DNA from: Spirochaetes bacterium GWE1_32_154
GTDB lineage: Bacteria > Spirochaetota > GWE2-31-10
DNA: 64,000 bases
Direction of reading: 5' to 3'
Assembly (NCBI GenBank): GCA_001829315.1
Contig: MIAY01000010.1
Location: 20,871-84,870 of the forward strand
Shown here piece after piece: positions 9,554-18,775 of the stretch (the stretch's first letter is position 1; every line of letters starts with the position of its first letter). The position numbers and the translations under genes are program-made. Under the pieces are notes generated by a model. It was not told the DNA's origin. It did not search any database and saw nothing but the letters and a program-made list of their open reading frames with translations.

Positions 9554-10536
9554 GAAAATTACCAGTTATAATCGTTATTGCATTAGGTTTATTTGTAGTA
9601 TTAGCATATAGTTCATTATATATCATTTCTGAAGGTGAACAGTCTGTTGTTATTAGACTTGGAAAGTTAGAAAATGTTGAAACAACTGCCGGTTTAAAAA
9701 TAAGAATACCGTTTATTGATTCTGTCATACGATATTCGAGTCGAATTCAATCATGGGATGGAGAGTCTCAACGGTTACCGACTTTAGAAAATCAGTTTAT
9801 CTGGGTTGATACCACTGCTCGATGGAAAATAACTGATCCTAAAAAATTTTATGAATCGGTGAGTACCATAAGTCGTGCTCATTCAAGACTTGATGATGTT
9901 ATTGACTCAAGTGTTCGTAAAGTAATATCAAGTAATTCAATTCGTGAAGCAGTTAGGAATTCCAATATTATCAATGAGATTGAAAGAAAAGATGTGTATC
10001 GTTCATCAGATGATGTTGATGATCTGGATCCTGAATCGGTATCGATTTTAAGTCTTACCGAAACGATATTTGCAAAAATAGTTAAAGGCAGAAATCAGTT
10101 ATCAAATGAGATATTGGATGAAGCTGAAAAAATCACACCTGAATATGGTATCACACTTATTGATATTGTTATCAGACAGATTAAATATTCAGATGACCTT
10201 ACAGAAAGTGTTTACAATCGTATGATTAAAGAAAGAAGTCAGATTGCCCAGGCATTCCGTTCAGATGGTGAAGGTAAAAAAGCCCGATGGATTGGTGAAA
10301 TGAATCGTGATTTACGGTCTATTCAGTCTCAGGCGTATAAAGAAGCAGAAGAAATTAGAGGGGAAGCCGATGCTAAAGCTGCTGCAATATATGCAAATGC
10401 ATATAATCGGGATCCTGAGTTTTATACATTCTGGAAGTCATTAGAATCATACAGGGAAACGCTTCCTAAGTTTAATAAAACATTGAGTACGGAAGCCGAG
10501 TATTTTAATTATTTGTATAATAAAAGAGGACGATAG
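9550..10536 (+). CDS. hflC: FtsH protease modulator HflC
   Basis: SPFH; VYNRMIKER...FRSDGEG; DPEFYTFWKSLESY; ATGA overlap with hflK. Confidence 0.93.
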   Translation: MRKLPVIIVIALGLFVVLAYSSLYIISEGEQSVVIRLGKLENVETTAGLKIRIPFIDSVIRYSSRIQSWDGESQRLPTLENQFIWVDTTARWKITDPKKFYESVSTISRAHSRLDDVIDSSVRKVISSNSIREAVRNSNIINEIERKDVYRSSDDVDDLDPESVSILSLTETIFAKIVKGRNQLSNEILDEAEKITPEYGITLIDIVIRQIKYSDDLTESVYNRMIKERSQIAQAFRSDGEGKKARWIGEMNRDLRSIQSQAYKEAEEIRGEADAKAAAIYANAYNRDPEFYTFWKSLESYRETLPKFNKTLSTEAEYFNYLYNKRGR

Positions 10537-10569
10537 AACTTTTTGCATGAGTTCGATAAGTAATTTTTT

Positions 10570-10597
10570 GAAGCACATCTTTCAGGTGTGCTTTTTT
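10570..10597 (+). terminator. Rho-independent terminator after hflC
   Basis: gaagcacatct-ttc-aggtgtgct followed by a T-tract. Confidence 0.7.
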
Positions 10598-10618
10598 GAT
10601 TATTTCTAAAGTCATTTG

Positions 10619-10815
10619 AAGGCTCCTGAAAAAGATCGGGAGAAAAATATTTTTTTGCAGAAGCCTTTAATTATAGAGCATCTTGCAAAAATACTCTTTT
10701 TATCTCGAATTTTTGCAAGATGTTACCTCTAATGCAATTTTATTGCGTAATGGCGGAAGCATAAAAAAAGTACTCTTTTTTTCATCAAGTACTCTTGATT
10801 TTTGCAAGAGCCTCT
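10619..10815. repeat. Cluster of three MITE/REP-like palindromes (10619-10667, 10678-10723, 10756-10815)
   Basis: gcatcttgcaaaaa-tactctttttatctcgaa-tttttgcaagatgt is the reverse orientation of the 16116 copy; neighbours share the ttttgca(a/g)...gcct arm. Confidence 0.75.
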
Positions 10816-10823
10816 ATAAATTA

Positions 10824-10991
10824 TTATTTATTACTTTGTCGTATTATAAATTTAATTAATCCAATAATCAGGAATACGACTCCAATAACAAATAGAATAT
10901 GGATTCCACCACTTAGTGTAAAAGAAGTGATTAAACCAACAACCCATAAAATCAGCAAAATTAAACCAATAATTAAAAGTGAATATAACAT
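10824..10991 (-). CDS. lmo0937-family (DUF5670-like) 55-aa membrane protein, absent from the ORF track
   Basis: Manual translation MLYSLLIIGLILLILWVVGLITSFTLSGGIHILFVIGVVFLIIGLIKFIIRQSNK; LW..G...GGxIHILxV signature; AGGAG RBS. Confidence 0.85.
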   Translation of the reverse strand: MLYSLLIIGLILLILWVVGLITSFTLSGGIHILFVIGVVFLIIGLIKFIIRQSNK

Positions 10992-11020
10992 AATAAGCTC
11001 CTTTGCTTAGTATAAAAATT

Positions 11021-11860
11021 TTATTTAGAATCTATCGAATAATTGACAAGTTGATTTAAAGTGTCAAATGTTGCGGTTTTTTCAAAAGGTAATGCAAATG
11101 ATTTAACAACCGGTAAGTTAAAATCATTATATAGTTCAACACTGATTTTAGTTCTATTATCTTTTTCAATTATCTTCCAGCGACCGGAAAGTTCTGTTAC
11201 TCTGGTAAAACCTTTTATATCAGGAAGGTTTCCTGATAAACGACTGACCGGAGACCATTCTATAATCCATTCTTTGCTGTTTTGTTTAATTTGTATTCTT
11301 TTTTGTAATACTATATAGTAATCCCTATTTTTAAAAGGTTTAAAATTGATTTGACAATAGACAAGATATTTATTTCTGGAAATCAGTTTTATTTTTTTAT
11401 ATAAAAGTGTTTTAGGAAAGATTGTCGGGTATATTTCAAAATTCGTCAGATTTTTATATAATTGATCTCCTTTGTTCCCGTTAATAATTTTTTCTGCTTT
11501 ATAGTGATTGTTTTCTTCGGATGTATTTTCTTGCATAAAAAGTAGAACATCTTTTTTTTCATCAACTTGTACCCATTCAATATTATCAAATGATTTGTTT
11601 TTTGATATAATTGGTTTAATTTTTTTGATGACTTTTTTTGCAGGTTTAATTGCTTTCTTTTCGTTCTCTAATGCTTCAATATCATCTTTTTCAGTGATAT
11701 CTACTGTTGCATCTTTACCGGTCTTCTTTGACTCAAAAATAGATTTTTTTATTTCTTTCTTTTCAGTCAGAATCTTTGGGGCGCATGTTGTATGTATTAA
11801 AATTAATACTATAACCAGACCGGTGTTATAAATAACAGATATATTTTTTTTTGATCTCAT
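11021..11860 (-). CDS. START/SRPBCC-domain protein, probable lipoprotein
   Basis: Hydrophobic leader ending HTTC; YPTIFP, PFKNRDY, GRWKI START-like motifs; start placed at the second Met after GAGGA. Confidence 0.7.
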   Translation of the reverse strand: MRSKKNISVIYNTGLVIVLILIHTTCAPKILTEKKEIKKSIFESKKTGKDATVDITEKDDIEALENEKKAIKPAKKVIKKIKPIISKNKSFDNIEWVQVDEKKDVLLFMQENTSEENNHYKAEKIINGNKGDQLYKNLTNFEIYPTIFPKTLLYKKIKLISRNKYLVYCQINFKPFKNRDYYIVLQKRIQIKQNSKEWIIEWSPVSRLSGNLPDIKGFTRVTELSGRWKIIEKDNRTKISVELYNDFNLPVVKSFALPFEKTATFDTLNQLVNYSIDSK

Positions 11861-11899
11861 ATCCAATATCCTCATTGCTCATTTGTAACATAGTATCAT

Positions 11900-11945
11900 T
11901 TCGTTTATAGCATTTCTTACGTAACAGGTAATGCTATAAACGAAA
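11900..11945 (-). terminator. Hairpin downstream of csbD
   Basis: ttcgtttatagcatt ... aatgctataaacgaa inverted repeat. Confidence 0.7.
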
Positions 11946-11956
11946 CAGAAAATTTA

Positions 11957-12142
11957 CTACATTTTTTCAATCAATTTGTGAATCTCGTCTTTCGTTTTCC
12001 CAAGTTTTTTCTGGATTCTACCCCACAACTCATCTTCTTTTCCTTCAATGAAAAGTAAGTCATCATCAGTTAAATTTGCAAATTTTTGTTTTAATTTGCC
12101 TACCAGTTCAGCCAGGTTTCCTTTTGCTTTGAGATTATTCAT
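11957..12142 (-). CDS. csbD: CsbD-family general stress protein
   Basis: [21 protein letters not shown]...[21 protein letters not shown]; GAGGAGG RBS. Confidence 0.92.
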   Translation of the reverse strand: MNNLKAKGNLAELVGKLKQKFANLTDDDLLFIEGKEDELWGRIQKKLGKTKDEIHKLIEKM

Positions 12143-12201
12143 AAAAAGCCTCCTCAGGTATTTTAGAACAAGATAATAAAAAATAGAACTTTCATTTAGT
12201 T

Positions 12202-12310
12202 AGTTTCTCAGCGCAAAATAGGTTATTGTGTAATCTACATTCCTGATAGAATAAAGATAATAGCTATATATAAAATATACAAGCTAAATATATAATTATA
12301 AAAAATAAAT
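12202..12310 (-). promoter_or_regulatory. Upstream region copy A (duplicated at 14889-14996)
   Basis: About 15 mismatches in ~103 nt by manual alignment to copy B. Confidence 0.8.
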
Positions 12311-12330
12311 AAAATAAATGCATTCAACTT

Positions 12331-13674
12331 TTAATGGGTACTTTCAAATGGAAATTTAACGCTAAAAACGGTTCCTTTTCCAATTTTAGTTTTTAAATCA
12401 ATTTCGCCATTCATTAAGTTTACCAGATTTTTTACAATTGCAAGACCGATTCCGGTTCCCTCGTATGCTTTAGATAAATATTTTTCCCCTTGTTCAAATT
12501 CTTCATATAGTCTTTTTTGTTTTTCTTCATTTATTCCAATGCCTGTATCAACTATAGAAAACTCTATATAACTATCATCATTGGTTTGAAGTGTTTCTGC
12601 ATTGTTATCATTTTTCTTTATTCTTGATGTTGAGATAATTACTTTGACATATCCTGAATTTGTAAATTTCATGGAATTCCCAATTAAATTATAAAGTATC
12701 TGTTGTATTATAATGTCATCAGTTTTAATTTTTTCCGGTAAATTGTCGTCACTTTCAATAGTAAAATCTAACCCTTTGATTTTTGCTTGCTCTGAAAATA
12801 AATTTTTTATATTTTCTATAAATTTTTGCAGATTAAAATATTTTTTATGAATTTCTAATTTTCCGGCTTCAATTTTTGATAAACTTAATATATCGCCGAT
12901 TATATTTAAAAGATGATTTGAACTTATTTTCATAATATCTAAATATTTCAGTTTCTCGTTATCTGTTTCTTTCAGTTTTAATAATTCTATAAAACCAATT
13001 ATACCATTCATTGGTGTTCTTAATTCATGACTCATATTAGAAAGAAACTGTGATTTTGCATGGTTGGCTGACTCGGCCTGCTTTTTTGCTATAAGTATTT
13101 CAGCCTCTGCCAATTTCCTTTTTGTAATATCAACTATTACTGTTCGAAATACATGCCCTTCTTCAATATCATCAGCCAAAGTTGATTCCATTGTTACCCA
13201 AAACGGATAATTTATTCCATCAGAAGCTCCAATATTCAGCATTCTAAGTTCACTCGTTTGTGATTCTCCTGTTTTTAACAATTTTTTATAATGCAAGTGA
13301 TTTATTTGCCAGTCCTCATCAAAAATATAGTCGTTAAAAACCCTAATGCTTAAATCTTCTTTTGATACTCCAAGCATAGTAGTTGCTGTAATATTTCCTT
13401 CTTTAATCACTCCATTTTTAGTAATTGTGAGGTACCCTACCGGAGCTGAATCATACAGTTCAAAGTAGCGCGCTTTTATCTTTTTTTCTTCAAGATTTGA
13501 TGCTTGAAGCTCATCGTTTTGCATTTCCAGTTCAATTTGATGCACCCGTAACTCATGAAGTAAGTTGTCGGTCTCTTTTTTTTCTAAAGGATGGAGCGAT
13601 ATTTCAGTTTCCATTTTTGCAATCATTTCCTCTGCTTTTTTTCGTAACAATTTAGATTCTAATGTGTCTTTCAT
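12331..13674 (-). CDS. Cytoplasmic PAS-domain histidine kinase (CheBR-partner type)
   Basis: [15 protein letters not shown] coiled coil, PAS (LYDSAPVGY), H-box [33 protein letters not shown]; no receiver domain. Confidence 0.92.
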   Translation of the reverse strand: MKDTLESKLLRKKAEEMIAKMETEISLHPLEKKETDNLLHELRVHQIELEMQNDELQASNLEEKKIKARYFELYDSAPVGYLTITKNGVIKEGNITATTMLGVSKEDLSIRVFNDYIFDEDWQINHLHYKKLLKTGESQTSELRMLNIGASDGINYPFWVTMESTLADDIEEGHVFRTVIVDITKRKLAEAEILIAKKQAESANHAKSQFLSNMSHELRTPMNGIIGFIELLKLKETDNEKLKYLDIMKISSNHLLNIIGDILSLSKIEAGKLEIHKKYFNLQKFIENIKNLFSEQAKIKGLDFTIESDDNLPEKIKTDDIIIQQILYNLIGNSMKFTNSGYVKVIISTSRIKKNDNNAETLQTNDDSYIEFSIVDTGIGINEEKQKRLYEEFEQGEKYLSKAYEGTGIGLAIVKNLVNLMNGEIDLKTKIGKGTVFSVKFPFESTH

Positions 13675-13811
13675 TTTTATTACTTCCTTAATATAGTCTT
13701 TTAGTTCTTAATAGCATTGATTTGATTTATGAACAAAATCAAACTTCCAGGATATTCAATTACAAAAGCACTCGCTTAGCTGGAGGAGCAAGGAGTATTT
13801 TCTAAGGTTTA

Positions 13812-14783
13812 TCAGATGAGGTTGCCTTTAGAAAATGCATCCTCAACTTTTGTTTCTTTTTTCTGATATATTTTATATTTTCTGTTAGTCTCATCAAACA
13901 GATTTAGAAAATCTCCTATACTTTCTGATGTTCCTAAAAAAAGAAATCCTCCTGAATTAAGCGCATCATGAAACATCGGAAAAACCTTTTTTTGAAGTTC
14001 TTTTGTCATATAAATTAAACTGTTTCGACAGCTTATTATATCAATTTTAGAAAAGGGAGGATCTTTGATAAAGTTATGTTCTGAGAAAACTATGGTATTT
14101 CGAATCTCATTGTTAATTTTGTATGTATTACCTTCCCGATTTAATGTAAAATAGTGTTCCAGTTGTTTTTTTGATACATAGTTGCTTATTGTCGCAGGAT
14201 AGTTTCCCTCAGTTGCAACTGCTAATGCCTGTGTGTCAATATCTGTAGCAAATATTTTAATTTCAATATCTTTTTTCTGCTTCTCTTTCTTTTCCTGGAA
14301 AAGAATAGCAATTGAATACGCTTCTTCGCCGGTAGAACAACCCGGAACCCAAACTCTGATATTTTCATGTGGATTTTTTTTTGTATAAATCGGATCAATG
14401 ATTTCTTCATCTAAAACCTTAAATGCAACAATATCACGAAAAAAGTTTGTTACATTTATAAGTATATTCTCAAAAAGAAGTTCCACTTCTTTTTTATTTT
14501 TTTGTAAATAAAGAACATAGTCTTTAATATTCTTTATATTATTGATCTTCATTCTTCGTTCGATACGGCGATATATTGGGTTTAGTTTATACAATGAGAA
14601 ATCATGCCCTTTCTCATGATGTAATAAGAGAAATATTTTTTCAATGGAATTCTCTTTATCAGTAATCTGTATATTTGGTTCAATCTTTGTTTTATTCAAG
14701 AGTTGAGCGGAAGAATTTATCAGCCGTTTTGTCACTTTATCCGGCGGTAGTACAGCGTTTGATTCATCAGTTTTTGATTCCAT
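13812..14783 (-). CDS. cheR: CheR-type SAM-dependent methyltransferase (resembles the CheR module of CheB-CheR fusions)
   Basis: GHDFSLYK, INVTNFFRD, RVWVPGCSTGEEAYS, IFATDID, DPPFSKIDIISCRN, LFLGTSESIG. Confidence 0.9.
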   Translation of the reverse strand: MESKTDESNAVLPPDKVTKRLINSSAQLLNKTKIEPNIQITDKENSIEKIFLLLHHEKGHDFSLYKLNPIYRRIERRMKINNIKNIKDYVLYLQKNKKEVELLFENILINVTNFFRDIVAFKVLDEEIIDPIYTKKNPHENIRVWVPGCSTGEEAYSIAILFQEKKEKQKKDIEIKIFATDIDTQALAVATEGNYPATISNYVSKKQLEHYFTLNREGNTYKINNEIRNTIVFSEHNFIKDPPFSKIDIISCRNSLIYMTKELQKKVFPMFHDALNSGGFLFLGTSESIGDFLNLFDETNRKYKIYQKKETKVEDAFSKGNLI

Positions 14784-14888
14784 AATCAATATCCTCATTT
14801 GTAAAATTTCATAGTTTCATTAATCGAATTCCTGAAATTCTTTTTACTAATAAACCAATAGTGATACAAATTTTATAATTATACCTTG

Positions 14889-14996
14889 AGTTTCTCAATG
14901 CAAGATAGGTTATCATGTAATCTATATTCTTGATATAATAAAGATAATTGATTTATATAAATTATACAATCTAAATATATAGATATAAAAATAATT
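14889..14996 (-). promoter_or_regulatory. Upstream region copy B (duplicated at 12202-12310)
   Basis: agtttctcaatgcaagataggttatcatgtaatct... aligns to copy A almost without gaps. Confidence 0.8.
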
Positions 14997-15062
14997 TAAA
15001 ATTGAAGCAGGTTATTTATGGGGATAAGTAACATTTAGAGCATTTTCCAAAAGAGTTTTTTT

Positions 15063-15148
15063 GCCACGGATTCAGAGGGATGACCACGGATAGAGTTGGA
15101 ATTAATTTCTTGATTATCTTATCCGTGAGCATCCTATATATCCCTGGC
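15063..15148. repeat. Imperfect long palindrome built from CACGGAT/ATCCGTG units
   Basis: gccacggat...ggatgaccacggata pairs with tatccgtgagcatcc...atccctggc. Confidence 0.7.
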
Positions 15149-15246
15149 TAACTATCCTTTTCTTTTGTGTGAAGTTAACCATTAAGAAAGTCATGATTTA
15201 GAAGTGTTATGTTTTCTTATCTGTGTTTATCGGACAAAGCGGATAT

Positions 15247-15972
15247 TTACTTAAATATCTGCCGATTTAAAGAAACATTGTCCCCGACAGTACGTCCTTT
15301 ATGGTAGGAGTCTGAATCAACACTTCGTCCGACTTTTTTAGTTGTTGTTTTTCCAAATGTTTCTTCAATATAGTCCTGATTTTCTTTGTAAGCTGTTTTT
15401 GCCATTTGAATTGTTAATTGACGGTCTGAAGGTGCTGTGTCGGTATTTTCAGTTGATTTACCGGATTCGTTTGATGACTGACCGGCCCATGGACCTCCGG
15501 TTTCTTCTTTTCCGGCACTTGCATCAGTTAGTCTTTCACCAATACGGTGAACTAATCCATGACGAAAACTATCAAGATGACCTACTTGATCACTATGTGA
15601 TCTGCTTAGTTTTAGTACGACAAGATGTAAATACGTAAATAGATCAGCAGCAGCCAGGGTGTTTAATTCTCTGCCGATAATTAGAACCTGACCGATACCG
15701 TTTCTTTGTGCATGAATTGCTTGAGTAAAAGTGCAATTACATATAACATGAATAAGATGAGATTCCCATGCACGTAGGCGTTTTTTTTCAAGAATCACAT
15801 TTTGTACTATTTCAGAGCTCTGTGTTTTTACATCGGCAAGAGATAACCCGTATCGGGCCAGTAAAACCCGCGCTTTTTCAAGAGCAGAAGCTGCTTCTGC
15901 TTCACTGGGTGAATTTCCCAATGCCATAAGTTTTTTTACTTTTTCAAGTATATCATTTGTTGCTTTATCCAT
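15247..15972 (-). CDS. DUF2786-domain protein
   Basis: ILEKVKKLMALGNSPSEAEAASALEKARVLLARYGLS N-terminus; C-terminal SYHKG...G..VSLNRQI. Confidence 0.85.
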   Translation of the reverse strand: MDKATNDILEKVKKLMALGNSPSEAEAASALEKARVLLARYGLSLADVKTQSSEIVQNVILEKKRLRAWESHLIHVICNCTFTQAIHAQRNGIGQVLIIGRELNTLAAADLFTYLHLVVLKLSRSHSDQVGHLDSFRHGLVHRIGERLTDASAGKEETGGPWAGQSSNESGKSTENTDTAPSDRQLTIQMAKTAYKENQDYIEETFGKTTTKKVGRSVDSDSYHKGRTVGDNVSLNRQIFK

Positions 15973-16115
15973 AAATGTAGTTCTCTTTTGTTAAATAAAA
16001 TCTTTTGTTACGTAATTTTTTCAGGACTATAATACACTTAAATAAGAATATTAACAAGTAAGCCTGTTATAAAAAAATGAAAACTATAGAGTATTTGTCA
16101 AATGATTATAAATAA

Positions 16116-16165
16116 GAGGTTCATACAAAAATTCGAGATAAAAAGAGTATTTTTGCAAGAAGCTC
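16116..16165. repeat. MITE/REP-like element (copy)
   Basis: gaggttcatacaaaaa-ttcgagataaaaagagta-tttttgcaagaagctc. Confidence 0.8.
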
Positions 16166-16239
16166 ATTATAGATTTGATATTATTGAAAAAAAGAATATA
16201 ATTATTATAAGGTATGAGAATAACAAAAGGAGGAATGGT

Positions 16240-17022
16240 ATGAAATTAAAATTCATTATTGTTCTAATTACTATGTATGTAAGTTTTTTTTCATTTGGTG
16301 AGGTTAAGGAAATGGTTTTTGTTTGTGAGGATAAAGAGGATTTTCCTTCAGTAACAGGAAATTCTAATGAGTTATCAAAAGTGAATCCGGGTGTCGTAGT
16401 TGAGCTTCTATTGAAAATGGAAACGGTTACCGGGATAAAAATAACAATCAAAAGATTACCATGGAAACGGGCATTGGAAAGTGAATTGAAAAACGGCTCT
16501 GCTGATGGTTTATTTCTTGCCAGTTATAAAAAAGAAAGAGAACTTTTTGGCAGTTTTCCGAAAAAAGATGGTGAAATTGATGAATCAAGATGTGTTTATT
16601 CATCACGTTATGTTTTTTATACATTAAAAGATTCTGAAGTCACGTATGATGGCAAGAATTTACACAATTTTACAGGTGCTGTTGGGGCTCCATTGGGCTA
16701 TTCAATAGTTGAGGACTTGAAGAAAATCGGATTTATTATTGATGAAAGTTCCGGAACTGATAAAGATTTTGAAAAAATGATAGGGAAAAGAGTTAATGCA
16801 GTAGCAGCTTTGGAAATGAATGGTGATGCAATTCTAAGTAAGAATCCGCAATTTGCGTCTTTAATTAAAAAACTGGAACCTGCTATAGTTTCAAAACCAT
16901 ATTATATTATGCTCTCAAATCAGTTCGTGGCTAAAAATCCTGATACGGCTAACAAAATATGGAATACATTACGTGATATTAGAGATAAAGATCTTAATAT
17001 ACTATTGAAAAAGTATTTCTAA
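16240..17022 (+). CDS. Family 3 (PBPb) substrate-binding protein, orphan
   Basis: AGGAGG RBS, signal peptide, LPWKRAL...GSADG, ASYKKERE, GYSIV. Confidence 0.85.
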   Translation: MKLKFIIVLITMYVSFFSFGEVKEMVFVCEDKEDFPSVTGNSNELSKVNPGVVVELLLKMETVTGIKITIKRLPWKRALESELKNGSADGLFLASYKKERELFGSFPKKDGEIDESRCVYSSRYVFYTLKDSEVTYDGKNLHNFTGAVGAPLGYSIVEDLKKIGFIIDESSGTDKDFEKMIGKRVNAVAALEMNGDAILSKNPQFASLIKKLEPAIVSKPYYIMLSNQFVAKNPDTANKIWNTLRDIRDKDLNILLKKYF

Positions 17023-17041
17023 TGAGTTTATTGAGAAAATT

Positions 17042-17086
17042 GATCACTAATAAAATCACCTTTATTCGATAATTTTATTAGTGATC
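17042..17086. terminator. Bidirectional hairpin between convergent genes
   Basis: gatcactaataaaat ... attttattagtgatc. Confidence 0.7.
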
Positions 17087-17105
17087 TGTTTGATATTTGA
17101 AAATA

Positions 17106-18281
17106 TTAGTTTTGAATCATATTTGCTTCAATCTGTTTGGTGATTGCAGACAGATCGGAATTGTCGGGTATAAATTTAAACTTTATAGTATCAAGCAATT
17201 GGAACCCTGATGAAGTTAAATATTCGGCGACTATATCAGGACTTTGTCCACTCCAACCGAAAGAGCCGAATGCAATTGCTTTTCTACCTTTTGGAGCTAA
17301 ACCTTTTAAGTATGTAAGAAATGCCGCAACGGTTGGTAATATATTGTTATTTAATGTAGGTGAACCGACACAAATATATTCGGATTCAAGAACATCGGTA
17401 ATGATATCTGATATATGAGATGATTGAGCTGAATAAACAACGGTTTCTATTCCCTTATTATCAAACGCATCCTGAATTGCACCTGCTATTTTTTCTGTAG
17501 AACCCCACATTGTATCATATACAATTATTGCCCGCTTTTTAGTTGTGTTGGATGACCATGATTTATATTTTTCAACAATTTCAGGTATATGAGATCTCCA
17601 GATGATCCCGTGAGACGGGGCTATTATTTTTATATCAAGTTTCGATGCTTCAGAAAGTTCTTTCTGAACCTGAACACCGAAAGGCATTACTATATTAGCA
17701 TAATATTTTTGAGCCTCTTCTAAGATTATATGAAGAGGAAGCTGATCATCAAATCGTTCGGATGTTGCAATGTGCTGTCCAAAAGAGTCATTGGAAAAGA
17801 GAATTTTTTCCTGCCTTAAAAATGACATCATATTATCTGGCCAGTGAACCATAGGTGTCAGTAAAAAGTCAATATCATATTTTCCTGTATTAATTGAATC
17901 ACCCGATTTTACTATTTGATATTTCCAACCTTCCATTTCTTTGTAGTGTGCTTTTAACCCTCTCTCTCCATTAGGTGATGTGATGAGTGTAGCATTTTTT
18001 GCAATTTTCATAATTTCAGGTAAACCGCCCGAGTGATCCATCTCGACATGATTTGATATGACATAGTCGATTTTAGAAGGGTCAACGATTTGTTTGATTC
18101 TGTCAATCATTTCGTTTGTTAAATACCCTTTAACGGTGTCAACAAGAGTGATTTTTTCATCAATTATAAGATAGGCGTTGTATGTGGAACCTCTTTGAGT
18201 AATATATCCGTGAAAGTTTCTTAAGTTCCAGTCTATTCCGCCAACCCAGTATATTGAATCTGATAATTTTATTGTTTTCAA
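17106..18281 (-). CDS. fprA: Flavodiiron protein (FprA; O2/NO reductase)
   Basis: GSTYNAYLI, NHVEMDHSG, HWPD, FSNDSFGQH, APSHG, flavodoxin YDTMWGST. Confidence 0.95.
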   Translation of the reverse strand: MKTIKLSDSIYWVGGIDWNLRNFHGYITQRGSTYNAYLIIDEKITLVDTVKGYLTNEMIDRIKQIVDPSKIDYVISNHVEMDHSGGLPEIMKIAKNATLITSPNGERGLKAHYKEMEGWKYQIVKSGDSINTGKYDIDFLLTPMVHWPDNMMSFLRQEKILFSNDSFGQHIATSERFDDQLPLHIILEEAQKYYANIVMPFGVQVQKELSEASKLDIKIIAPSHGIIWRSHIPEIVEKYKSWSSNTTKKRAIIVYDTMWGSTEKIAGAIQDAFDNKGIETVVYSAQSSHISDIITDVLESEYICVGSPTLNNNILPTVAAFLTYLKGLAPKGRKAIAFGSFGWSGQSPDIVAEYLTSSGFQLLDTIKFKFIPDNSDLSAITKQIEANMIQN

Positions 18282-18293
18282 CTATAAGCTCCT

Positions 18294-18704
18294 TTACTTT
18301 ATTCCTTTAGCTGTCATTATTTCTGAATATTTTTTATCTGACCCGGCAATGTGATTCATAAGCCAGTCACGTAAAAAATTGATGATATCAATACTCAAAA
18401 GAATTTCACCTTTTAAATATTGCTCTTGAAAATCTACTATTCTATCAATAAATGATTCATGGGTTCTTTTGTGTTGTTCAAATTCATCATATCCGCATTT
18501 AATAAGAAGTTCTTCTTCATACTTAAAATGAGTTTTTGTATAATCTACAAGTTCGGTAATTATTTCTTTTATGAGTGATTTTGCTGTACCGGTCATCATG
18601 CCATTGTGAAGTTTATTTATTAAATCAACTAGCTTTTTGTGTTGAATGTCAATCGATGGAACACTAACGCTATATTTTTTATCATCCCAGGTAATTAATG
18701 CCAT
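18294..18704 (-). CDS. Bacteriohemerythrin
   Basis: IDIQHKKL, HFKYEE, HKRTH, WLMNHIAGSD. Confidence 0.93.
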   Translation of the reverse strand: MALITWDDKKYSVSVPSIDIQHKKLVDLINKLHNGMMTGTAKSLIKEIITELVDYTKTHFKYEEELLIKCGYDEFEQHKRTHESFIDRIVDFQEQYLKGEILLSIDIINFLRDWLMNHIAGSDKKYSEIMTAKGIK

Positions 18705-18715
18705 GTAAAACTCCT

Positions 18716-18735
18716 TTTGTAATCATTCTATTATA
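18716..18735 (-). promoter_or_regulatory. Second Fur/PerR-like box overlapping a TATAAT upstream of hemerythrin
   Basis: tttgtaatcattcta matches the 21109 box; attata (TATAAT on minus) at 18730-18735. Confidence 0.55.
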
Positions 18736-18775
18736 TGATATAAACGCATAATCAGTATATCACATAATAGATTGA

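Noticed and set aside
10535-10815. Possible CRISPR array
   Set aside because: Units are inverted-repeat pairs in mixed orientation with degenerate arms, not direct repeats with regular spacers; no cas genes
10795-11010. Plus-strand 71-aa ORF
   Set aside because: Antisense to the lmo0937-family gene, which has an RBS and a family motif
15146-15212. Possible integron attC site after the DUF2786 gene (GCTAAC...GTTATG)
   Set aside because: The R boxes are not complementary, there is no internal L-box palindrome, and there is no integrase
16102-16239. N-terminal extension of the 306-aa ORF
   Set aside because: It reads through the MITE-like repeat; a strong RBS and signal peptide start at 16240
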